DNA of 64,000 bases from a virus: positions 1 through 64,000 of IMG/VR virus record IMGVR_UViG_3300018481_000019; one strand, 5' to 3'. A model generated the notes under the pieces. That model saw only the letters and a program-made list of their open reading frames with translations, searched no databases and had not been told where the DNA came from. Below, one piece after another: positions 19,983 through 29,698 of this stretch; the first letter of the stretch is position 1, and every line of letters starts with the position of its first letter. Made by a program: the position numbers and the translations under genes.

Positions 19983-22495
19983 CTGATACCAGAGTCGATC
20001 TGTATTTGGAGTGGGAGCAAGCTCTGAATGAGCCGGAGGTCGATATAGCTCTGGTTGCCAGTTTGGAAACCCAGGCTCGGACGATGGGACTCGACCTCTG
20101 GAAGATCAACAATTTCATGCTCAATTCGATGTCGGTGAAGAGCAGCGATCTTCCTTCACCGGAGGAAATGGCGACCCTGAGTCCTGAAGCCGCCGAGTTG
20201 GTGAGAGGACTCACCGCAGCGATGCCGTGGAATGAGCAGCTTCATCCCCGCGGCTGGCATGGGCAGTTCATCGAAGTGGGCGATTTCGTGGAAGTCTTCG
20301 GAAGAGCGCGCCGACACCCCGGCGGAAGAGGCCGGGTTCGGCACATCAAATCTGATGGGAAGCTAGTTGTCGAAATCGACCGTGATCCGAACGGCTCGCC
20401 GGTCCAAACTCGGGTTGTCACCGTCGATCCCGCCGGTGTCCGACCTATCGGGGTCAAGGCGGAGATTGCCAAGCCGCGTCGGTCGCTCACAGAAGTCGGC
20501 AACGATTTTCTGGATCGGGCTGCTCAGATATACGGAGAAGCTCCGATACCCGATTGGATAATGCGCTGGTACGAGAGCCTCATGCGTACCGCCATTCCCA
20601 AGGAAATGCGTGGGCCGCGTCTCTATCCCCGCACTGCCGCGGTCACTTTTGATCCCGAGCTTCACCCGCGGGGCCGGGACGGGAAGTTCATCGAATCCTT
20701 TGGCCTGGTCCGTCTCTTCGACTTCATGGATCGAAAAGGCAACCGGCACTCAGAAGGATTTGGAAAAGTCACCGATATCACACGCGATCCCCGAAGTCCA
20801 GGGAATCCCGACATCGAAGTGGAGCTTCCCGAAGGCGGTCACGTCACGGTCAAGCCGAACCAAGTTTCATCGGCTCCCGATGTCAAGGGTCGGATCAATC
20901 GTGACCTCACTGATATCGAAGCGGCGGAGGAAATAACCGACATCGAAGCGGCGGAACGACTCATTGCCGAGAGGCCGGTCGAGAGGCCCGGAGAGGTTGA
21001 CGTAGAAGAGGACATCGAATTTGCCGACACCATCTACAACACGTCTCGGGACGTAGGCAATCTCCAAGTCGGGGATGAAATCATTCTCCCCGGTGACATT
21101 CCTGGGACCATTGTCGAATTTGAATTCCCTGGTGATCGTCCTGACTCAGTCCGGGTCCACACCGACGGCGGCACCTATCACGGCAGAACCACCGACGTTC
21201 TTCCCAACTTCCGGCCTGGTGAGGAAGTCAATCCCATCGGTGAGCCGGTCATGGAAAAGCCGGGGGAAGCCGGTTCCAAGACCAATCCGATAAAGACCTC
21301 TGATCCGCTGGAAGCGGTCAAGGCGCTACGGGACGGCAAGCACGTCGAATTGGAATCGGTCGATCAAGTCTCGACCTTGCTCAATGAGCTTGCCGATATC
21401 GCGAATGAGGCCAAGGCCGCTGGTGAGGAAGCGCCCAACTACGACCTCTGCCTGGTGTCGGTGCCAGGGACCAACCTCTTCTGTGCCGAGTCCAAGGGCA
21501 TCCCGAGAATCGAAATGCCGCAACTCAGTGGCTTCCCGGTGCCGGGTTCCAAGGCCGACGATCTTCCCCGCACTGAAGAGGGCGGAGTCGATATCGGACC
21601 CGCCTTCATGGATCATCTCCGCAGCCAGGGTGTCGGGGTCACTGAAGAGCGTCGGTTGGCTTCACATCTGAAGGCTTCCCAATCCGAACTGATCGGCTCC
21701 AAGATTGCCGGGATGATGCGGGCGATGGACTCGGGGAACGAATTCGCCATTCGCAACATTCGGGAGAATCCGATCTTTGTCACCAGCGACGGTTACGTGA
21801 TTGATGGACACCATCGGTGGGCTTCAGTTGTCGGATGGGACGCACTGGAAGGCGGCTTGGACGATTACGACATGCCAGTCCGTGTAATTGATATGGACAT
21901 CATGGAAGTCCTTTCAGAAGCCAACAAGTTCGCCAACGATTTTGGAATCCCCCAAGTCTCTTCATCTGACGTGGGACCGGAAATCAAGCAAGTGAATTTG
22001 CCGTCCGCTCCGTCCGCACCAGCCACCGATAGGCCATTTGAAAATCTGAGCGATGCCGAGCTTCAGCGAACCTATGCCAACACAGTTGATCGCTTGGTGG
22101 GCGATATTGATGATCCTCAGTTGATCGAATCTCTCGGACTTGATGTCGAATATATCCGAGATGAATTTGAGGCTCGGGGTTTGTCAAGGCGCGAAGGCGG
22201 GGATCGACCATTTCGCAATTTGAGTGACGATGAACTTCAGGATGCCTACCAACGCACGGTCAATCAATTGATCGAAGATTTTGATGATCCACAATTGATG
22301 GATTCCTTGGAGCTTGATGTTAAGTATTTCCGTGAGGAATTGGAGTCTCGGGGGTTGTCACGTCAAACGGACTCAGAGTCCTTCCGGCAGAGGAACGTGG
22401 ACTTAGACCTAGCGGAGCTACGGCGACGAGCGTATGGAGACGCGGCTATGGCAACGGAATCGACAAGAGCCGCCGAGATGAATCGCCGTGAGTGA
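19979..22495 (+). CDS. Head-associated polyvalent protein 1: two HPRG modules + ParB/Srx-like domain + tandem C-terminal repeat
   Basis: WNEQLHPRGWHGQFIE and FDPELHPRGRDGKFIE; LKASQSEL...PIFVTSDGYVIDGHHRWA (ParB-like). Confidence 0.75.
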   Translation: MTDTRVDLYLEWEQALNEPEVDIALVASLETQARTMGLDLWKINNFMLNSMSVKSSDLPSPEEMATLSPEAAELVRGLTAAMPWNEQLHPRGWHGQFIEVGDFVEVFGRARRHPGGRGRVRHIKSDGKLVVEIDRDPNGSPVQTRVVTVDPAGVRPIGVKAEIAKPRRSLTEVGNDFLDRAAQIYGEAPIPDWIMRWYESLMRTAIPKEMRGPRLYPRTAAVTFDPELHPRGRDGKFIESFGLVRLFDFMDRKGNRHSEGFGKVTDITRDPRSPGNPDIEVELPEGGHVTVKPNQVSSAPDVKGRINRDLTDIEAAEEITDIEAAERLIAERPVERPGEVDVEEDIEFADTIYNTSRDVGNLQVGDEIILPGDIPGTIVEFEFPGDRPDSVRVHTDGGTYHGRTTDVLPNFRPGEEVNPIGEPVMEKPGEAGSKTNPIKTSDPLEAVKALRDGKHVELESVDQVSTLLNELADIANEAKAAGEEAPNYDLCLVSVPGTNLFCAESKGIPRIEMPQLSGFPVPGSKADDLPRTEEGGVDIGPAFMDHLRSQGVGVTEERRLASHLKASQSELIGSKIAGMMRAMDSGNEFAIRNIRENPIFVTSDGYVIDGHHRWASVVGWDALEGGLDDYDMPVRVIDMDIMEVLSEANKFANDFGIPQVSSSDVGPEIKQVNLPSAPSAPATDRPFENLSDAELQRTYANTVDRLVGDIDDPQLIESLGLDVEYIRDEFEARGLSRREGGDRPFRNLSDDELQDAYQRTVNQLIEDFDDPQLMDSLELDVKYFREELESRGLSRQTDSESFRQRNVDLDLAELRRRAYGDAAMATESTRAAEMNRRE
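22028..22363 (+). repeat. Two tandem ~58-aa repeats in the C-terminus of polyvalent protein 1
   Basis: DRPFENLSDAELQRTY...FEARGLSR and DRPFRNLSDDELQDAY...LESRGLSR. Confidence 0.9.
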
Positions 22496-25400
22496 TCTTG
22501 AACTTCACGGTCTTGAAATCTCTGAAGACAATGTTGAGAAACTTCAGGAGATGCTTGGCGATCCCGAGCGCCGCTGGTATGGACTCCGGCGGCTGAAGGG
22601 ATTCCAAACCGTCGGTTTGGTCGCCGGTTCTTATTGGAATCCCGAACTCCATCCGAGAGGACCGGACGGGAAGTTCATCGAAAAGTGGGGTTTCGTTCGC
22701 TGGCTTGTCGATGGGCTGTGGCAGCGGGGTCGTGTCGAGAACCTTCTGCCCGACAACAAGATCATTGTCGCGCCCGATGGTGGTGGCGATGAAGTCGTGC
22801 TTTCGACCAAGCAGACCTACGCCTTGCCCACTCCCAAGGGCCAGTTGGTAAATAGCCCGGACCCGACTTCGTACTCGGTTCCGACCCATTGGGAAAAGAC
22901 CGGCGAGCAGGGTGGCTCCAATCCCGGTGGCTTCTACACGTCGCAAGAGAAGATTCCGGTTCGCTCCACACCATCGGTGGAACAGATTCAGCAAGTGGTA
23001 TTCGCTGGCGGTGACACAGGGGAATTCGATGAGTACGACTGGAAGGAGATGGAGGACACTTTCAAAAAGGCGGGGGTCGGGCAACCGGATCGCTACATCG
23101 CTCACTACACCGGAGCCGACGGCAAGTCTGAAGTCCTCTTTAGAAATGGTGCTGATCCACTCACGGTGGAATGGGATGCAGCGACTAAGGCCAATGATCT
23201 GAAGCTGTGGGTCACGACCTCTGAGCTTGCTCTAGGGGAAGCTCGGGTCAAGTTGACTCGGGGCATGGACGTAGAGGAAGGGACTCAGTTTTACGTCAAG
23301 CAGACCAAGTCGGTGAATCACGCCGCCAATGAGATGCTCGCCAATGAGCTTTACAAATTGGCCGGAGTCCCGGTGCCGGACCTCTACTTTGGACAGCACC
23401 AGACAGTTGCCTCCAAGATTTTGAAAAGCTCCGATCCCGACGGCATCGCCCCTCAGATGTTGAGCAAGGTCAAGGACGATTCCGCCGTGCTCGCTCAGAT
23501 TCGACCGAATATGGCGGTTGATGCGTGGCTCGCCAATTGGGACGTAGCGGGCATGACTTACGACAACATCATCGTGGTCGATGGAATCCCCTACCGGATC
23601 GACACCGGAGGCTCGCTGGAATACCGAGCGCAGGGCGGACCCAAGGGCGGAGCGTTCGGGCATGAAGTAGGGGAATTGAAATCCTATCTCAACACCAGTC
23701 TGAATCCTTCTGCCTCCACCGTGTTCGCCGGGATCACTCCCGACGAACTCCGCTCGGGAGCCGAGAAGGTGGCAGCGATCAGTCCGCGAAAGATCAAGGA
23801 TATGGTCCGCTCCGCCGGGATATCTGATGCCGTCGGCAACACACTGGTCGCCCGTCGAGAAAGCATCATCGAACAAGTCGGGGTCCACGACCCCTACAAG
23901 ATTTACGTTCCGCCGCAATTGACCAAAGTGACAAAGGGAACCGTTCCCGAAGAGAAGTTTTGGAATCCCATTGACGACCAGTGGCAACCGGGCATCCTGC
24001 TCAAATCCTCCGCTGATGCCCGCCGCCAAGTGGAAGGGCAGATCATCTCGCTCTACGGGAAGGGCGATCCCGAGCTTGCTCCAATCAAGGGCGACTTGAT
24101 TGTCGTCGGGTCGCAAGACGCCTTCACCGGCATGTTCCGTGTCACCGACGACAGCGAGTCGATGCTAAAGGCGGTGTCGGCCCTTGACCCGGACAACAAG
24201 ACGGAATACGAGCTTTATACCCCCGACGTTCGGATCGTTTCCGAAACCGATCCGGCGGTAGAAGAGGTCCGGTCGGCCTACACGCAGCATCGTGTGGCGA
24301 CGGTCAATGACCAACTGAAGCTCCACACGCTTGACTCGGTTTTCGATGTCGCCGTGCAGAACAAGGACGTGTCCAAGCCCCCGGTCTATCTCGTCCCGCA
24401 TACCTACGGGAGCGAAGGCGACGCGATGTTCAAGATGCAGCCAGGGCAATTCCTCTTCCACGGTTACGAAGACTTTGAGGGCGAGCACAAGGTTGTGTAC
24501 CGGATCAATGGGACTACCGCTGATTCCATCTCCATGACCAATGTGATTGATGGGAAGGAACGCATTCTCAGTTGGGACGAGTGGGTCGCGGACTATGAGC
24601 CGTCTCAGTGGAGCATCCCCGACGACTACACGCAAGATCAGACTCTTGCCCTCTTGCAGCGGGACAAGCTGATTTCGACAGAGGACAACCTAGAAGCGAT
24701 TTCCCTTGAATACCCATACGCCCTTGATGAATACGGGGAGGCCGTCGATATTTCGGTGAATCCCGATCTACCGGGTCCGTCGGCAAGCCTGGAAGAACTC
24801 GGCGCGGTTCCCACCATGACCAACGACTACGGGATTCACAACGATATTCCCACCGGGGAAGTCGTTCCTTTGAACGACCTCTTGAATCTAGTGACTGAAT
24901 CACTTGATATGGATTCGATCAATGCGATGCCGGATGGAGTGCTAAATGTCGAAACTCCGCTCCATGAATTCTTGGGTCAATCGGTGATTATCGGCAATCC
25001 AGATGCCAAAAGAATCAACCTTGGCTACACAGAGGATTACCGGGGATTGTTCTACGTGGACGGGATTGAGGTTCGGAAACGTGCCTACGGTCACGGCACT
25101 GTTATCACCACGACGATGTCGATGATCGCTCCCAATGGGCAGCGGCAGTATCTTCGGGTGGAGGAAGGCAAGACCTTTGGCGAGCAGGTAATCACTATCG
25201 CTACCGCTCTTGATGCGTCGATTCCCTCACCACCACCGTCACTTCGGGAGAATGGCGACATCGTCCTAGAGAAACAGATCATTGGGCGGTGGGAAAAGGG
25301 CGGGACGTGGCGGGCCGAGATTTTCCCCGAGCACTCCCTGACTGGAACAACCAAAATCGTTCAGGCGTATGCCAAATACGAGATGCGTGACCGGATTGTC

Positions 25401-28400
25401 AAGCACGTCATTCCTCTTCTGCAACCGACCGAATTGGTTCCCAAGTCGGGTAAGACGGAAGGGTCCAAGGATGCGATTCTGAGCAAGGCCGTTTTCAAAA
25501 GACGTGAAGACTTCCCGGCAGGATCATGGGTCATAGCTCCCGATGGGTTTACCGGCGTGGTCGGTGTCACCGACAGTGGAATTGGATCAAATGCTTCCTT
25601 CCTCAGTCGCTTCCCCTCCGCGGTACGGGTGACAAATCCAGTGGACGGCAAGACCCGGATCATCAATGCCAATCTGCTTCTGCCCACCGAAGCCCCTGAA
25701 GTCACCGAGACGGAATCAGACTTGGTGTCGCTGAGTGAGGTCAAGGCCATGACCGACTCGGGCGCTCCGTTCTTCCCGCTGAAACTGAAAGACGGGACCG
25801 ATCCACGCATCGGTCAGTACGTCCGAGCTTTCGGGCCTGGGGAAAAGATCACTGAGGGAACGATCAATTGGGTCGGCCCGCCCGACGGCAAGCAGGCCAA
25901 GGTTGCTCCGCTGCTTTCCATTGTGACAGCCGATGGGAAAATCGTTCGGAAAACCCTGAGCAAGACCGTGTTGCTGAAGGACGTTGAGGGCGCACCGACT
26001 CCACCCATTGCCGAGAGTGGTCTTCCCGAAGACACCAAAGCCGCGGTCGAAGCCGTGATCGGATTCACGCCGGAGGCTACGTCGGACATCGGCATGAAGT
26101 ATGTCGCTCCCGATGGGAAGACTCTGGCGCAGCCGCAATGGGAAAAGGACGTGTGGCTCGGGAAGTCTCCCAAGCGCACGCTCACCAAGGACGGCTACGC
26201 GCCCCGAGCCGGGATGCGAGTGCAGACCAATAAGGGCGAAGCTCTGGTGATCCTGGGATTTGAGGACGTTTACAAAAGACCCAACAACGTCCAGACCTTG
26301 AATCTGACCACAGGCCAGACCCGAACCAGAGTGGTGTCGGCTCTGACTGTGGATCACGCCGCCGAGCTTGGTGATGTCGAATACGGCTCGCTGGACTACG
26401 TCCGTGGGATCACGCTCACTTCAGAGCCGGATGCAACGCATCCGTCGTTCACCGAGCACCTTCCCAATGGGACCATCATCTATAAGGCGACTGCTTCCAA
26501 GAATTACTACACCGGGGAGGCGTACCGGAAGATTGACGAGTATTTCTTCATCACTGAAACCGGGCAGATTCAAAAAATGGGAGGCGGCGGGCATCTGTCT
26601 CAGCAACAGGCGATGCACTGGATAGCCGAACTTTCTCAAATGGGGCAAATGAGCAAGGTCGCCGTCATTGACGAGAACTCCCCCAACTTCGGCGGGTACA
26701 CCAATGCCGTTGAGAAGAATCCTGCGGCGTTCGTCGTTTACAGTCCTTCAGAATTGACCCATGAGGAAGCTCTGAGTGGTCATTTCCTAGAACTGACCGG
26801 AGTGTCGGTCAAGGGTGCGGAGATTGCGGCTCCGATTCCAAAGGACAATCTGGTGAGCGTCCTTCCCAAGCCCGCCGATGCCATTGATATGACTGAGGAC
26901 GAGCTTGTCCCTGACCCGCCACCGATTACGGGAACGGTGGGAGCGGTAAACGACAAGCCAGGAATCCTTCCGGTGAAGTCGGTCACTGAAGCGGGTCTTG
27001 AAATCCTGAGTCAGAAATTGGAAACCAGTCCTGGCTCTGGTTCCGAGTACGCCTTTGGGGATCAGGAATACATCGAAGACATGCTGGTCCGTGCTCAGAT
27101 TGCCAAAGACGTGAAGAGCGGGAACGAGTATGTCGAGTTCCATTTCAGAATGTTGGAAAGCAAGGCAGAAGCGACCTCTGACCGATTGGTCACTGCCGGG
27201 AAGAACGTCACCTACGGGAAGTGGCAAGAGCGCCCGGAGCCGGTGCGGGGTAGTCATTTGGAAATCGGGGATGCCATTTCGGTTCGGGTGTCGTCGGTGT
27301 CCGATGCACTGAAGCCGTCGAATGGGACTGCTCCCAATGCTCGGGTAATTGCCGATCCGGTGCTGCTTGGAGCGGATTCCAAAGGCGTGCCGATCTATCG
27401 GGTCACGGTTGCCTCCGCCGATGGGACTACCGGAGCGATGGACGTACAGGAACGAGCCTTGCCGTCGATCAAGGTCTACGACTGGAATCCGGCGGCGGTT
27501 GCCACGATGGACACCAGCGCCACAGCCAAGCTCACTTCCAAAGCGATCACTAACGGGTGGCGTGAGGTTGGTGATCTTGGCTACGACTTTCACGGAAAAT
27601 ATGCCAGCAAATCCCCGGTGGTTTCGATGGATGAAACCGGAGCCAAGCTGATCGACGGCGACAGCATTCACATGGGAGCTACCGGCGACCAGGGCAAGCC
27701 GGGTGCCAGGACGCAGGGACGACGACTGGAACGGACTTTCCCCGATGGGTCATACGTTCGTTATAACGCAATTCCCTCTTCGATCAGCGGCACGTCTCAC
27801 GGTGGCAACGGCGGTTCGCCTGGTGAAGCTCGCCGGTTCAATGAGGCGGGACAAGTCACGATCAGGGTTCCCGTTTCATTGGAGTACGACCCTGAAGCAT
27901 TTCAGGCTTCGGTAAGCAGGGCTATGGAGGCAGTCGGAATTCCGCCCGACAAGCAGGGTCCACCCACTGACGAGCACCTTGCCGTCTTCGCGCTCAACAA
28001 GCTATTCAAAACTCATGCCGCCGACTTCGCCCATCGCAGTTCTCCGGTGACTCAGCCGAGTACCAATGATCCCAAGCTGATCGAAGTCCTGGCTCGGATG
28101 GACAAGGAACTCATGCCGATTCTCGGTAGGCCGGTGACGTTGGACGACATCTCCATTCACGTTTTCAGTGATGGTCGATTCACCGCTCTTCTCAGCGCTG
28201 AGGTTGCTTCCGCGATCAGCAAGCGGCAAGGGAATCAGTATTACCAGCACTCGGGAGTGAGTACCACCGACAAGATTGTCGAATTGCTGGCGGGGCCGAA
28301 CCCCGGACTCATGGGCGGAACCGAGCGGTATTCGATGGGACTCTTTTTCAAAGGCGCATCTACCGAACGGGATATGACCAAAGGCTCGGGCAATCGTGTC

Positions 28401-28898
28401 TATCTGAAGCCCAGGCAGACCGAGAGCGCTTATGGCGGCGTGCTGGTTTACAGCGCCGATGCGATCAACCGATCCCTGGACATCTACAACAACTACTCCG
28501 ATGGGTTCGGGGCGCGGGCCGATGTGAACCGGCTTCTGACTTCCGGCGGCGGTCACGAAACGATGATGAAGGACAAGATCGAAGTCGAGCAACTTGCCTA
28601 TTACATGGCGGACGGGCCGAGTACCCGAACAGACATCATTGATCGGGTGAAGGCCAAGGGCGTGACTCATATCAACGGTCGTCCCATAGAGGAAATCGTC
28701 GTGGTCAATGCTCCGGTGGCAATCGGCTCGCCCGAGTTTCAAAAGTTCGGGACCACGTTGGGAACGGAAGTGACGGTGGCTCAGATTCTTGGAATCAAGA
28801 CCGGGGCCAAACTCCCCTCCGAGACACCAGAGCCGTCGGAGCCAGCGGATTTGGAAGAGGTCGTGATTCCTCCCGGCGGGATAGAGGGACCGTTTTGA
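22488..28898 (+). CDS. Head-associated polyvalent protein 2 (2136 aa): HPRG module + HipA/PI3K-like kinase + further uncharacterised domains
   Basis: WNPELHPRGPDGKFIE; GGSNPGG loop, YVK..ANEMLANELY, DAWLANWD....DN, IDTGGSL kinase motifs. Confidence 0.75.
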   Translation: MSDLELHGLEISEDNVEKLQEMLGDPERRWYGLRRLKGFQTVGLVAGSYWNPELHPRGPDGKFIEKWGFVRWLVDGLWQRGRVENLLPDNKIIVAPDGGGDEVVLSTKQTYALPTPKGQLVNSPDPTSYSVPTHWEKTGEQGGSNPGGFYTSQEKIPVRSTPSVEQIQQVVFAGGDTGEFDEYDWKEMEDTFKKAGVGQPDRYIAHYTGADGKSEVLFRNGADPLTVEWDAATKANDLKLWVTTSELALGEARVKLTRGMDVEEGTQFYVKQTKSVNHAANEMLANELYKLAGVPVPDLYFGQHQTVASKILKSSDPDGIAPQMLSKVKDDSAVLAQIRPNMAVDAWLANWDVAGMTYDNIIVVDGIPYRIDTGGSLEYRAQGGPKGGAFGHEVGELKSYLNTSLNPSASTVFAGITPDELRSGAEKVAAISPRKIKDMVRSAGISDAVGNTLVARRESIIEQVGVHDPYKIYVPPQLTKVTKGTVPEEKFWNPIDDQWQPGILLKSSADARRQVEGQIISLYGKGDPELAPIKGDLIVVGSQDAFTGMFRVTDDSESMLKAVSALDPDNKTEYELYTPDVRIVSETDPAVEEVRSAYTQHRVATVNDQLKLHTLDSVFDVAVQNKDVSKPPVYLVPHTYGSEGDAMFKMQPGQFLFHGYEDFEGEHKVVYRINGTTADSISMTNVIDGKERILSWDEWVADYEPSQWSIPDDYTQDQTLALLQRDKLISTEDNLEAISLEYPYALDEYGEAVDISVNPDLPGPSASLEELGAVPTMTNDYGIHNDIPTGEVVPLNDLLNLVTESLDMDSINAMPDGVLNVETPLHEFLGQSVIIGNPDAKRINLGYTEDYRGLFYVDGIEVRKRAYGHGTVITTTMSMIAPNGQRQYLRVEEGKTFGEQVITIATALDASIPSPPPSLRENGDIVLEKQIIGRWEKGGTWRAEIFPEHSLTGTTKIVQAYAKYEMRDRIVKHVIPLLQPTELVPKSGKTEGSKDAILSKAVFKRREDFPAGSWVIAPDGFTGVVGVTDSGIGSNASFLSRFPSAVRVTNPVDGKTRIINANLLLPTEAPEVTETESDLVSLSEVKAMTDSGAPFFPLKLKDGTDPRIGQYVRAFGPGEKITEGTINWVGPPDGKQAKVAPLLSIVTADGKIVRKTLSKTVLLKDVEGAPTPPIAESGLPEDTKAAVEAVIGFTPEATSDIGMKYVAPDGKTLAQPQWEKDVWLGKSPKRTLTKDGYAPRAGMRVQTNKGEALVILGFEDVYKRPNNVQTLNLTTGQTRTRVVSALTVDHAAELGDVEYGSLDYVRGITLTSEPDATHPSFTEHLPNGTIIYKATASKNYYTGEAYRKIDEYFFITETGQIQKMGGGGHLSQQQAMHWIAELSQMGQMSKVAVIDENSPNFGGYTNAVEKNPAAFVVYSPSELTHEEALSGHFLELTGVSVKGAEIAAPIPKDNLVSVLPKPADAIDMTEDELVPDPPPITGTVGAVNDKPGILPVKSVTEAGLEILSQKLETSPGSGSEYAFGDQEYIEDMLVRAQIAKDVKSGNEYVEFHFRMLESKAEATSDRLVTAGKNVTYGKWQERPEPVRGSHLEIGDAISVRVSSVSDALKPSNGTAPNARVIADPVLLGADSKGVPIYRVTVASADGTTGAMDVQERALPSIKVYDWNPAAVATMDTSATAKLTSKAITNGWREVGDLGYDFHGKYASKSPVVSMDETGAKLIDGDSIHMGATGDQGKPGARTQGRRLERTFPDGSYVRYNAIPSSISGTSHGGNGGSPGEARRFNEAGQVTIRVPVSLEYDPEAFQASVSRAMEAVGIPPDKQGPPTDEHLAVFALNKLFKTHAADFAHRSSPVTQPSTNDPKLIEVLARMDKELMPILGRPVTLDDISIHVFSDGRFTALLSAEVASAISKRQGNQYYQHSGVSTTDKIVELLAGPNPGLMGGTERYSMGLFFKGASTERDMTKGSGNRVYLKPRQTESAYGGVLVYSADAINRSLDIYNNYSDGFGARADVNRLLTSGGGHETMMKDKIEVEQLAYYMADGPSTRTDIIDRVKAKGVTHINGRPIEEIVVVNAPVAIGSPEFQKFGTTLGTEVTVAQILGIKTGAKLPSETPEPSEPADLEEVVIPPGGIEGPF

Positions 28899-29698
28899 GA
28901 ACCAATCTGAAGACCTTCCCCTTTCACCCGGCGACTTTGGAAATGCACTCCAAGGACGGCAGGGTTCAGTTTGAAATCCAGCGCAATTTCAACTGGTGGG
29001 AAGAGAAGGGGCCGGATTACTCCCACTTCGCAGAGCGTGATCTTGGTGGCGATGGGATCAAGAACATCGAATTCAACCGAATTCTCAATGACCAGCATGG
29101 ATTCTTTCAGGCAACAACACCCGATGGAATACGGGTGATTGTCCGACCCTATGACGAATACGATCCGGTGAGAGCGGACATAAGCCGGATTCCGTGGCCC
29201 AAGTCCGTTATCCAAGACGTGATGATGGGAGAAGCAGAAATCATGCTCAACGCACTCGTAGACGACAACGGAGATGTGGCGACTCTGATGCTGGACACGC
29301 CGTCTACGTCATACCTCCGCTACACCGGAGCCTGGTATCTGATGCCCGATGTCGAAGCGATCAGCGACTACGACATCGTCATGGTCGAAGACGAAGCCCT
29401 GGATATGTACGACCCTGCCGATCAGACCGGCAAGTCGGTGAAGATCACTTCGATGCCGATAGCGCCGGAGGACGACTTCCGGGTTCAAGTCCGCTACTCG
29501 GGCGAGCCGGATGCCGATGCTCTGAAACCACTAGTCACGGAAACCATCGTGGCATCGCTCAGTATCCCCACCATCGCCAGTGCTCGCGATCTTCCTGCCG
29601 CCATTGAGTTCGCCCAAACGCACCCCGACTTCCAGTGGTATGTCGAGCGTCGTGCTCGGTCGCTTGGAATCGAAGAGGGTTTCCCTTGGAATGACTAG
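28895..29698 (+). CDS. Head-region hypothetical protein
   Basis: TTGA overlap; C-terminal IASARDLPAAI...YVERRARSLG resembles a small helical domain of actinophage head proteins. Confidence 0.6.
   Translation: MRTNLKTFPFHPATLEMHSKDGRVQFEIQRNFNWWEEKGPDYSHFAERDLGGDGIKNIEFNRILNDQHGFFQATTPDGIRVIVRPYDEYDPVRADISRIPWPKSVIQDVMMGEAEIMLNALVDDNGDVATLMLDTPSTSYLRYTGAWYLMPDVEAISDYDIVMVEDEALDMYDPADQTGKSVKITSMPIAPEDDFRVQVRYSGEPDADALKPLVTETIVASLSIPTIASARDLPAAIEFAQTHPDFQWYVERRARSLGIEEGFPWND

Noticed and set aside
22488-28898. 2136-aa ORF as a virion RNA polymerase, second tape measure or intein-containing protein
   Set aside because: No DxDGD or T7-type polymerase motifs, no TMP-like periodicity and no intein terminal motifs recognised
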